IMG/VR virus record: IMGVR_UViG_3300036770_003758
Span: 38,211-102,210 of that record
Source: a virus
DNA: 64,000 nt
Reading direction: 5' to 3' (one strand)
Positions 20,471-28,190 of the stretch are shown piece after piece (the first letter of the stretch is position 1; each line of letters opens with the position of its first letter). Position numbers and translations under genes: made by a program. The notes under the pieces are model-generated. The model was given only the letters and a program-made list of their open reading frames with translations. It did no database searches and was not told the origin of the DNA.

Positions 20471-20586
20471 TACATATGTTTTAAAATAAGTTGAAACCTA
20501 TCCTCGTACACAATATCAGCTACAAGATTTGCTTCTACCCTACTCTTGTAAGCTGCAGGATTGCGTACAAATATTACTGCTAACAT
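20470..20586 (-). CDS. Array micro-ORF (38 aa)
   Basis: MLAVIFVRNPAAYKSRVEANLVADIVYEDRFQLILKHM. Confidence 0.8.
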   Translation of the reverse strand: MLAVIFVRNPAAYKSRVEANLVADIVYEDRFQLILKHM

Positions 20587-20799
20587 GGTATTTGTTTTAA
20601 TGTAGCATACAATCTGCGTACAGTATTTCCTGGGTTACATAAGTTTATGCGCAAGTATCTGTAAAAATCAATTTGTATTTCAATATTCTTCATGATGTTT
20701 GTTTTAATATTACAGTAATTTTTATACGTTTTATATCTATCTCAATATTTCTTACAAAATCATCACAACGTGTACTTGAACAATCGATAATTACAACTG

Positions 20800-20904
20800 T
20801 CATTGTATATGTTTTAAAATAATAGAAAAGCCCTCGCGACCGCTGTATCCTAGTATCATTACAGTCAAATAAGCGGCTGTATATCCATATGAGTAAGTTT
20901 TCAT
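20800..20904 (-). CDS. Array micro-ORF (34 aa)
   Basis: MKTYSYGYTAAYLTVMILGYSGREGFSIILKHIQ. Confidence 0.8.
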   Translation of the reverse strand: MKTYSYGYTAAYLTVMILGYSGREGFSIILKHIQ

Positions 20905-21005
20905 GGTATCAACTTTAAAGTAATCGAAAAGGATTCATCTCCACTATGTCCTAGTTCGTGCACAGAAATACAACTGTATGTGTGTTCATATGCCCATGTG
21001 TTCAT
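20901..21005 (-). CDS. Array micro-ORF (34 aa)
   Basis: MNTWAYEHTYSCISVHELGHSGDESFSITLKLIP; paralog of 20800-20904. Confidence 0.8.
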   Translation of the reverse strand: MNTWAYEHTYSCISVHELGHSGDESFSITLKLIP

Positions 21006-21988
21006 AACATTAGTTTTAATATTATTGATAAATCATCTTGAATAAAATCGTACACTTCAGGTGCATTTATAATATGTGTTCCAAGAACTAAGTGTATCGT
21101 GTTCATAGTATAAACTTTATCATAACTAGAAAATCATCGTCAAAAAATGGTATTAAACCACGATCTTTGTCTACTAGTTTGCAAGAATATATTACGTATG
21201 TTGTTACGTCCATAATATTTTCATTGTAATTAAAATACTATCTTCTCCATAGAATATGTGATCTACAAGTGTTATGTATTTTGTGTCCACAATATTAGTT
21301 TTAACGTGATTATAAAATCATCGTTTAGGTTAGTAGAATATTTTAACACGCTCAATAAACACGAGTGCGCAGTAACTAATGTTTTTGTACATTCCATCTC
21401 AATACAATTAAGAAATCTTTATCTTCAAGTTTTGTTTTTTCTAGTCTATCCAGTAAATGCTTGTTATCGTGTGTACCAATAGGCATACATAGATCTAACA
21501 TTGTAAAATGTGCTATTTCCATCACATGTATTTAACCATAAAAATAAAATCATTCTTGACGTAGCTACAATTACTAAATGCTAAGTAATCTAAATACAGT
21601 TTACAATCTATACTGTGTACCCACATTGTTAAGTCTGTAAATTTCATAACATGTACTTATTTGCTAACTGTAAAATAACCTTAAGATGTGCACAGTTGAT
21701 ATAAGATGGAGTAAACACATCATTATCTAGTAAGATGTATTCCCAATCCCTATGTTCTACTTGCATAACATATACTTTTTTATAAGCCTAAAGTTAGGTT
21801 TAAAGAAAGCGTATTTAATAATATAAGGTTCAAGAAATGCATCTGTAATATAATTCCAACCAGTTTCTACTTTCACGATATCTGTTTTACAATAATTAAA
21901 GGTAATACAGTAGGCTTACTTATTTTGCGATCAGCATCATACATTGGATTTGATATAGGGAGGTTTACGTAAAACGTCATAAATGCTA

Positions 21989-22114
21989 TCATGGTACATA
22001 TTTTAATACGAATACAGTAATATCTATGTTAGGTGCATGTTTTGATTCAGTGTGAAATCTATAGATATCGTGAAGTCTATAACTATCAAAAGTGTAATCT
22101 AATGAAGCTTTCAT
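21989..22114 (-). CDS. Array micro-ORF (41 aa)
   Basis: MKASLDYTFDSYRLHDIYRFHTESKHAPNIDITVFVLKYVP. Confidence 0.8.
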   Translation of the reverse strand: MKASLDYTFDSYRLHDIYRFHTESKHAPNIDITVFVLKYVP

Positions 22115-22202
22115 ACAAGCGTTTTAAGAGTTACAATAAACTGTTGTGTCAAATACGAGTGTGAATAAAATCTCCAGTCTAGTTCGTATACTTTCTTTAC
22201 GC

Positions 22203-22310
22203 TCATTGTACGTATTTTATTACAAGTACAGCAATATCCCTATTGTGCGGATGTTTTAATTCAGGATGGATTTTATGACCACCTCTAGTGTAGTTTAATA
22301 AAGCTCTCAT
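22203..22310 (-). CDS. Array micro-ORF (35 aa)
   Basis: MRALLNYTRGGHKIHPELKHPHNRDIAVLVIKYVQ; paralog of 21989-22114. Confidence 0.8.
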   Translation of the reverse strand: MRALLNYTRGGHKIHPELKHPHNRDIAVLVIKYVQ

Positions 22311-22404
22311 ACAGATATTTTATTGATGGTTAAAAAAGATGTACCTGCGTAAGTTATTTTTAATTTTACTCTAGGGCTGTCGACCCATAAAATGTATAAC
22401 AACT

Positions 22405-22506
22405 TCATTCTGCATTTTTTATGATAGCAAATAAACATAATCCAGCTTTACCAGATCTTCTGTCATTTTTAAGGTTAGTGCCTACGACACTGTGTGTTAT
22501 AATCAT
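22405..22506 (-). CDS. Array micro-ORF (33 aa)
   Basis: MIITHSVVGTNLKNDRRSGKAGLCLFAIIKNAE. Confidence 0.8.
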   Translation of the reverse strand: MIITHSVVGTNLKNDRRSGKAGLCLFAIIKNAE

Positions 22507-22615
22507 TGTATGTGTTTTAAGTTAATTCTAAATCTAAGTACAGTAATGACATAGGTTTTAAGATCTATTTTAAGTACTATGTCAGGTTGCATAGTTTGTA
22601 CAAATCCTACAAATT

Positions 22616-22717
22616 TCATGGTTTGTATTTTAAAATAAAAAATAAAGAAAATCCTGCTTCACCAGATTTGTAATTGTGTTTAAAATTAGATTCTCCAATA
22701 CTTAAAATCGCTGTCAT
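22616..22717 (-). CDS. Array micro-ORF (33 aa)
   Basis: MTAILSIGESNFKHNYKSGEAGFSLFFILKYKP; paralog of 22405-22506. Confidence 0.8.
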   Translation of the reverse strand: MTAILSIGESNFKHNYKSGEAGFSLFFILKYKP

Positions 22718-22863
22718 GGTATGTGTTTTACAATAGCTCCAAAATTACTTGCGTTGTGATTCAAGTTTAAATAATCTACAGCTTCGTGTAAACGTATAGT
22801 CATGTAGTTATTTATGTACGGTGTAGTAACTGCTCTGTACATCATTAAGTCTATAAACTTCAT
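22714..22863 (-). CDS. Array micro-ORF (49 aa)
   Basis: MKFIDLMMYRAVTTPYINNYMTIRLHEAVDYLNLNHNASNFGAIVKHIP (3' part of track ORF 22714..22941). Confidence 0.75.
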   Translation of the reverse strand: MKFIDLMMYRAVTTPYINNYMTIRLHEAVDYLNLNHNASNFGAIVKHIP

Positions 22864-23213
22864 GATATAAGTTTTAATATAAACAAATGTCCACGACTTT
22901 GGTGAGATGCGTTCATTACGTAGTTTTTTGGAAGTGTCCAATCATTTACAGGTGGTACGTATGCAATTATGTGTTTTGTTTCCACGGTATTACTTTTAAT
23001 ATGATTAATGTTTTTATTGATATCATACTTGTTAGCAATCGTACGTTGTGAGAATATTTATCGTTTTTAAAAAGCGGTACTGTTCTCATAAAACTAGTTT
23101 TAACGTAAAATAAGCAGAATAAGGTGGTACATTATCTAGCTGTAATATCTCAAGTGCGTGGTCTGTTAAAGTACATACAAACTCGTCTTTAACAAGTGTC
23201 ATTTCAATAAACC

Positions 23214-23336
23214 TCATAGCTTATACTTTTGTACAATTATTACTTTCTTCTTAGTAGTTGTGTAGTTTAACGGCCCTTTCCATGTAGTAAAGTGCGTACG
23301 TACAGTATCTATAAATATTAAATCGACATTGTTCAC
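23214..23336 (-). CDS. Array micro-ORF (40 aa, GTG start)
   Basis: MNNVDLIFIDTVRTHFTTWKGPLNYTTTKKKVIIVQKYKL. Confidence 0.7.
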   Translation of the reverse strand: MNNVDLIFIDTVRTHFTTWKGPLNYTTTKKKVIIVQKYKL

Positions 23337-23472
23337 AGCTTATGTTTTTGCACAAAAAAAAGTAATTACGATCTTTAAAAGTGTGATCTACCACTATAGG
23401 TATTTCCGCAAAGTTGATTGTCAAAAGTGTAAAGCTGTTTTTGAATATTAATACTATATAAACATTGCTCAT
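23251..23472 (-). CDS. Array unit apparently frameshifted at a T8 run (73 aa as read)
   Basis: One extra T at 23354-23361 would give ...RNYFFFVQKHKL* ending at the usual junction. Confidence 0.6.
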   Translation of the reverse strand: MSNVYIVLIFKNSFTLLTINFAEIPIVVDHTFKDRNYFFLCKNISCEQCRFNIYRYCTYALYYMERAVKLHNY

Positions 23473-24027
23473 AGCTTATATTTTAATAAGATATTGTAAT
23501 GAAGCATGTAATTACCTCTACCTGTGAGATATACATCTATACCATTGTCACGTATATCTAACAATAATCTGAGTGTGTTCATTTTCTGTATTTTATTACA
23601 GCCCAGAAATGCATCAATAAACCTGTACCTATATGTCGATGTAATATTATATTACCATCTGTAGATTTAAAGTTTGATATCTCAAGTACTCCTAAGTAGT
23701 TCATGGCACCAGTTTTAATATCGATAAATAACAAAAATCAATTTTTAAAAATCTCTTTGATTTAGGGCACTCATCATGCAGTGAGTACATTATAAATAAG
23801 TACATAGATAGGTATGTGTTTTAATATTGCAAAAGCAGTTAGCTTAGATATAGATAATAATCTACTGTACACTTTAATATCAGCAAACAAAATTGTAGTT
23901 TTCATAACATGGTTTTAACTGTTACAGGTATGCTAATTTCATCAGGTAGTAATATATATGAATAAAGTTTATTTTGCTGCGTTATGTACAAAACTTCCAT
24001 TTTCATAGGTAGGTATATTAAACACAA

Positions 24028-24050
24028 ATGCCCTTGGTTTACAAGGGCAT
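24028..24050 (-). terminator. Hairpin directly upstream of the micro-ORF array
   Basis: ATGCCCTTG/CAAGGGCAT 9-bp stem followed by an imperfect T-tail (TTGTGTTT) on the minus strand. Confidence 0.55.
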
Positions 24051-24056
24051 CGTGGA

Positions 24057-24197
24057 TTATGCAATTTCTGCAAGTTCTGGTTCTAAACCTGGGTAGATTT
24101 CTCGTATCTTAATCTCAGCTTCATCTTTACTAGAAGCTTCAATATGTACGACACCAGCACCAATAAAAAAAGTAAAAATTTGCTTTTCTTCTTCCAT
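24057..24197 (-). CDS. Small acidic hypothetical protein (46 aa)
   Basis: MEEEKQIFTFFIGAGVVHIEASSKDEAEIKIREIYPGLEPELAEIA; below the ORF-track cutoff. Confidence 0.65.
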   Translation of the reverse strand: MEEEKQIFTFFIGAGVVHIEASSKDEAEIKIREIYPGLEPELAEIA

Positions 24198-24221
24198 AAT
24201 GTTTTGTTTATTAAATTAGAC

Positions 24222-24251
24222 AAAAAACCAGGGCTATATTTCAAGCCCTGG
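24222..24251 (-). terminator. Rho-independent terminator
   Basis: CCAGGGCT-TGAAATAT-AGCCCTGG-TTTTTT on the minus strand. Confidence 0.75.
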
Positions 24252-24277
24252 TACATAGTGAATCAAAGTATAAGGAG

Positions 24278-24442
24278 TCACTTGTTTTTCCAGATACGTT
24301 CTTTAGTCTTTTTTCCAGTAACAGTACACACTGTTTCTAAGTAAAACGCGCCGTGATTAGGTAAGCTTTCTTTAATAGCTTCGATGCTATCAGCTTCTAA
24401 GATGCGTTTACCTTTTTCGGTCACAATGTAATACTTTTTCAT
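24278..24442 (-). CDS. Small hypothetical protein (54 aa)
   Basis: MKKYYIVTEKGKRILEADSIEAIKESL...RIWKNK (3' part of the track ORF). Confidence 0.6.
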   Translation of the reverse strand: MKKYYIVTEKGKRILEADSIEAIKESLPNHGAFYLETVCTVTGKKTKERIWKNK

Positions 24443-24449
24443 GTTTGTG

Positions 24450-25280
24450 TCAATAGAAAAAGACATTAGACATGTACTCTTCTTTTGGAAACTTATCCTT
24501 CCAGATATCCTCGTCCATATAGGGCAAGTTATCTGGAACAGCCATTTTCCACACATTGCCTACAGTATCGTAAATACCGTACTTGTTTGGTTTTTTCTTC
24601 TTTACAGGTTGTGTTTTTCCGCCCATTTCTGCAGTAGTCCATGCAATCTCTTGAATATCTGTTCGAGTGTCCAAGTTCTCAGCATGATCTGCAGCAATGA
24701 TAGTCCATTCGGCTTTTGTAGGAAACAAGAATACAGCGTGACCTTTGATAGCTGGATTATACCAGAACCACCACTGACCATTGTATTCTTTCATGATATA
24801 CGGCATTGGTTTACCGTGCATATCGTTGAGCCAGTTGATGTATGCGATTGCGTTCAAGATCTCAAGATTAATCGCTGGGCGATCATCTCGACCATAGTTT
24901 TGATCATTAGCGAGATCTCGTCCTGTCATGTAACAGAACGCGTCAAACTGGTTGAACGTAACTACGGTATCTGCTGATGCTACAAGTGGAAAACATTCTG
25001 CTGGTAGTGGTACAAAAGTACCTAAGTCGATGTCCTTGTCGCTGATAGTCTTTTGCTCAAATGCACGTTGTGATGTAGCTACAGCAACTACAAACGGTTC
25101 TACAGGTTTTCTGTTGACCACATTGATAGTTGCAATAGCATTGCGGTGTACTTCTTCAAGCTCTGGTGTATTGAAATGTGCACGCATTTTAGGTAATGCT
25201 TGTGCATACCATTTACCAAAGTCTTTAGGTGAAAAAGAAGATTTCTGTTGAACTTGCTTCTTAAACTCTTCTACAGTCAT
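24450..25280 (-). CDS. FGE-sulfatase (C-type lectin fold) domain protein lacking the terminal RGG...GFR segment
   Basis: VVTFNQF, PAIN..NAIAYINWLN, FPTKAEW, IAW, TQPVKKKKPNKYGIYDTVGNVW; no RGG or GFR follows. Confidence 0.8.
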   Translation of the reverse strand: MTVEEFKKQVQQKSSFSPKDFGKWYAQALPKMRAHFNTPELEEVHRNAIATINVVNRKPVEPFVVAVATSQRAFEQKTISDKDIDLGTFVPLPAECFPLVASADTVVTFNQFDAFCYMTGRDLANDQNYGRDDRPAINLEILNAIAYINWLNDMHGKPMPYIMKEYNGQWWFWYNPAIKGHAVFLFPTKAEWTIIAADHAENLDTRTDIQEIAWTTAEMGGKTQPVKKKKPNKYGIYDTVGNVWKMAVPDNLPYMDEDIWKDKFPKEEYMSNVFFY

Positions 25281-25351
25281 GATTGTGATTTTAGTTAAAA
25301 AGAGAAGGGAGTATTAACTCCCCTCTCCAAAGACGTAATGAAATAAGACTC

Positions 25352-25687
25352 TTAGTCCCAGGCATCGCTGATCGAATCCTCTCCTTCGCCAAGTGGGTTG
25401 TACTCAATCTGGATAGAAGAAATGTGAAGATCCGGCTCCAGTTCTACAGTTGGATGCACTGGATGCTTGAGAAAAGCTTTTTTACCTTCTGGTACCACAA
25501 AGGCAACAATGTTACCCCTATCCGAAGGAATAGGAGTAGGCATTGTAAACCCTACAGGTGCCTTGAAATTTGGTTTGAAATCATCGCGTACTACAATGTA
25601 GTCGCCTTCAAGGACGTGCTTTTCAGCACTCCCTGGCGTAACGGTTACGATCTCGTTCATGATAACGAATTTAAGATTGTTCAACAA
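25352..25687 (-). CDS. Small His-motif protein (partner of the DUF6745-like protein)
   Basis: EKHVLEG...LKHPVHPTVELEP...QIEYNP pattern; start probably MNEIVT. Confidence 0.5.
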   Translation of the reverse strand: MLNNLKFVIMNEIVTVTPGSAEKHVLEGDYIVVRDDFKPNFKAPVGFTMPTPIPSDRGNIVAFVVPEGKKAFLKHPVHPTVELEPDLHISSIQIEYNPLGEGEDSISDAWD

Positions 25688-26378
25688 TAAGTTTAAAGAA
25701 ATCCTCTTTGTTCATGTGGTACGGTGAATCTAACCACGGTTTACCTACATATTCTGGTTTAATCGTAGTGATAATAACTTCACCTTGACGGCGTATACAC
25801 TTAATGTGCTCAAGTGGTATCCTAGTTCTAAAAGCCCATGCTACTGCTGCTGCAGCATCATAGCTGCCTTTTTTGCAGAATTTTTCAGTGTGCGGCACCA
25901 TCAAGAAATACGGTGTACCAAAGTGTACGTCGAATACTTGTACAGCATACACGTGTGTTACCTTTTTACCGTTGATTGCAGGTTCACGCATCTCAGGGAA
26001 TACCTCTTTAATAGGCCTCCTTCTGAGAATGTAGTGGTTCGTAATCGTAGAGTCTTTCTGCTTAGTTTCTACAGTACGCTCATCTACAATTTCTGCATCA
26101 GCAAAGATAGTAGAAAACGGTAAAAACCTGAACAGTGCTTGGCGTTTAGCAGAAGCTTGTTCTGCCCGTAAATTAGGGAACAGTGACTTAAAATCAGAGA
26201 GTTCAGAAAACGTAATTGGTGTTACATCTTTCCAGATTTCTCTGATAAAATCATTGTTAAGTACAGGAAGATCTATGAACATGTCATCAAGATCTTCCTT
26301 GTACTTAGCCTTTAGTACCCTCAGTGCAAAGTCGAAAGGGAACAAAAAGTTCCCAATCTGAAGTACTTTCATCTTCAT
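25671..26378 (-). CDS. DUF6745-like protein
   Basis: AVQVFD...YFLMVP...AAAAVAWAF...IRRQGEV motifs. Confidence 0.5.
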   Translation of the reverse strand: MKMKVLQIGNFLFPFDFALRVLKAKYKEDLDDMFIDLPVLNNDFIREIWKDVTPITFSELSDFKSLFPNLRAEQASAKRQALFRFLPFSTIFADAEIVDERTVETKQKDSTITNHYILRRRPIKEVFPEMREPAINGKKVTHVYAVQVFDVHFGTPYFLMVPHTEKFCKKGSYDAAAAVAWAFRTRIPLEHIKCIRRQGEVIITTIKPEYVGKPWLDSPYHMNKEDFFKLIVEQS

Positions 26379-26686
26379 AGTTTCATCTTCTTTTTGGTGG
26401 CAGCGTAATTCAATTTCACCAGCTTGCGTTTAGCAGCTAGTAACATGTGCGTGCGTGCTCTTTCTTCTTTGGAATCCTTCCAGAGCCTCACATAGTGCTC
26501 GTAAAGCTCCTCATTGCACACGGTAAGGTAGAACACCGCTTCTGCATCAGACAAGCTCCTGGAGACCGTGTGAGCCTCCAGGATACCTTCTGGTGTTACA
26601 TACTCTGTAACTTCATTTACATGAGGTAAGATATGCTTCCAGTATTTGACAATGTTCATAATAGTAGATTCATTTCGGAGTGTCAT
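26375..26686 (-). CDS. Hypothetical protein
   Basis: Coupled ORF. Confidence 0.7.
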   Translation of the reverse strand: MTLRNESTIMNIVKYWKHILPHVNEVTEYVTPEGILEAHTVSRSLSDAEAVFYLTVCNEELYEHYVRLWKDSKEERARTHMLLAAKRKLVKLNYAATKKKMKL

Positions 26687-26711
26687 GATCTGTAGTTTTT
26701 CAGATTAGTAA

Positions 26712-26885
26712 TTACTTTTTTTCGTTTTTCCAAATCATCTTTCCGTTACCTTCACGGATTGTAGTGGTCTTGCCATCTGCAGTTTTCACTTCAGAGTCAA
26801 AGCCTTTTCCTTTACCAGTAGTAACTGCAGTAACACGCTTACCAGTTTCAGGGTGCTTGACGTTTACACGAATTTTCTGTTTCAT
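26712..26885 (-). CDS. Small basic beta-rich protein (57 aa)
   Basis: MKQKIRVNVKHPETGKRVTAVTTGKGKGFDSEVKTADGKTTTIREGNGKMIWKNEKK; hand-translated. Confidence 0.7.
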   Translation of the reverse strand: MKQKIRVNVKHPETGKRVTAVTTGKGKGFDSEVKTADGKTTTIREGNGKMIWKNEKK

Positions 26886-26916
26886 GATATAAAATTTAAT
26901 TGTTAGAAAATATTAG

Positions 26917-27021
26917 TTAATTATCGCTGTTGTCATTCCAGTTAATAACAGTTGAGTATATTATTGGAAAAACAACTACTACTAGCAAAATAATAGTTGC
27001 TACAATTTCATATACATTCAT
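26917..27021 (-). CDS. Single-TM micro-protein (34 aa)
   Basis: MNVYEIVATIILLVVVVFPIIYSTVINWNDNSDN. Confidence 0.55.
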   Translation of the reverse strand: MNVYEIVATIILLVVVVFPIIYSTVINWNDNSDN

Positions 27022-27032
27022 AAATACTAAGT

Positions 27033-27260
27033 TTAGTTGTTAGAAAATATCAGTTCTTTAGCGAATACTTCTTCGGTGTGCCCTTTGTAATCACGGATAC
27101 GCATAATCGTATCCGGTTCTAGTTGTGCAATACCTTCTTCTACAGGTTCTGCGATCCACACTTTTAGTTTGTAGTAGTGTGCACGGTATTTACCTGCAGT
27201 GTTTGGTTTAGCATCTTTGTAAGATACTTCACCGTTGTAAAGTGCGCGTGGTGCTTTCAT
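27033..27260 (-). CDS. Hypothetical protein
   Basis: ORF in operon. Confidence 0.65.
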   Translation of the reverse strand: MKAPRALYNGEVSYKDAKPNTAGKYRAHYYKLKVWIAEPVEEGIAQLEPDTIMRIRDYKGHTEEVFAKELIFSNN

Positions 27261-27261
27261 G

Positions 27262-28116
27262 TTAACTCATGTTTATTTTGATAGAAATGTTGTCACGATC
27301 AGTACCTTTTATTTCTAAATACCAGCCTCCTATGTTTTTAGGTATAGCTAATTTTTCTATAGCCCATCCATTGCTCACAGTATATTCTTCTTTATATGTA
27401 CCTGATTTAATAAAATACTGTGGTTTTGTCAGCAATGTTCCAGTTTTTGTTACGTCATATCTAATAATTTCAGCTAAGTGTCTATCGTGTGTATGACCAC
27501 TAACAACAAAGTCAGCGTCTGTTACAGCACCGTATCTACTGTTAGCTTGAAACCCTTTCATTACTACACCTCCCCAAAGACCGTGATGATAATAAAGCAT
27601 GTATGTTTTTACATTAGCTCCATTACGGTGTAGTACAAACTTAATAAAACCGTGGTAACCTCCAGCATATACTTTATGTTCTGGAGTTTTATATAGATTT
27701 GAGACATCTACAAATCTTTTGATAACATCAGTTTCTAATCTGTTTAATATAGAATTTTCATGATTACCTTTAGAAACTAACGCTATAGGATAGTCCATTA
27801 ATTTAGCTACTGTATCTTCTATTACAGCATCTATGTAATTAGGAGTATTGTGTTCTGGTCTAATATCTTTTTTACTAGACCTAGGATCGTATTTCCCTTG
27901 CATCATGCAAAAGAAGTCACCAAACACAAATATCCTACCGTTGCGCTCTGCTACATAGTCTAAATGCTTATGTAGTTTATCACGTTGACATTTAGGGTTG
28001 TCATAGTGAAAATCACTGCCTAAAAAGAACAGTGCATCTTCTCCGTATGGTATGCGTACTTCTAAAAGCACGTCACTAATCTGTTTAATTTCCATGTTTT
28101 TTAATTTTTTTTTCAA
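27262..28116 (-). CDS. Calcineurin-like metallophosphoesterase
   Basis: SDFH, GDFF, GNHE, HHG, SGHTH; start probably MEIKQ. Confidence 0.9.
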   Translation of the reverse strand: MKKKLKNMEIKQISDVLLEVRIPYGEDALFFLGSDFHYDNPKCQRDKLHKHLDYVAERNGRIFVFGDFFCMMQGKYDPRSSKKDIRPEHNTPNYIDAVIEDTVAKLMDYPIALVSKGNHENSILNRLETDVIKRFVDVSNLYKTPEHKVYAGGYHGFIKFVLHRNGANVKTYMLYYHHGLWGGVVMKGFQANSRYGAVTDADFVVSGHTHDRHLAEIIRYDVTKTGTLLTKPQYFIKSGTYKEEYTVSNGWAIEKLAIPKNIGGWYLEIKGTDRDNISIKINMS

Positions 28117-28190
28117 AATTAAACAGATTTCTGATAAAAGTGAGAGGATCTTTTACGACCCTCTCACAAAACTACAGTCAAAACTAATTC

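Larger units (their letters stand above)
17629..24006 (-). other. Tandem array of 58 translationally coupled micro-ORFs (mostly 28-49 aa)
   Basis: Hand-translated starts (minus strand): 24006, 23905, 23805, 23704, 23582, 23472, 23336(GTG), 23217, 23089, 22985(GTG), 22863, 22717, 22619, 22506, 22408, 22310, 22206, 22114, 21992, 21876(GTG), 21766, 21647, 21522, 21397, 21290(GTG), 21213, 21106, 21005, 20904, 20803, 20693, 20586, 20470, 20342, 20223, 20104, 19982, 19869, 19745, 19653, 19551, 19432, 19329, 19234, 19145, 19050, 18943, 18818, 18708, 18592, 18464, 18363, 18253, 18149, 18050, 17940, 17821, 17730. Each is open until it overlaps or abuts the next start; most junctions read like TTAAAACATATACCATGA. 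Confidence 0.9.

Noticed and set aside
18310-21482. Plus-strand track ORFs 18310..18564 and 21258..21482
   Set aside because: They lie opposite fully tiled minus-strand units and lack the initiation context.
17629-24006. CRISPR array or non-coding repeat array
   Set aside because: The junction motif is short and degenerate, with no identical or palindromic repeats and no cas genes; the intervening segments are open frames with synonymous divergence.
17629-24006. One long gene hidden by stop-codon recoding (TGA=Trp or TAG=Gln, known in some crAss-like phages)
   Set aside because: Units shift frame at ATGA overlaps and end in TGA, TAA or TAG; all large genes in the window are intact in the standard code.
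17629-24006. The LK(H/Y) dipeptide alone as proof of a conserved protein motif
   Set aside because: The same TTAAAAC...ATG context precedes ordinary genes (e.g. 2339) and fits Bacteroidota A-rich initiation regions, so LK is partly forced by the overlap. Only the preceding hydrophobic/GFR-like strand counts as evidence.
17629-24006. Integron-like or invertase-shuffled silent cassettes
   Set aside because: No recombinase or attC-like inverted repeats seen; every unit has its own start codon and there is no obvious DNA homology to the FGE genes.
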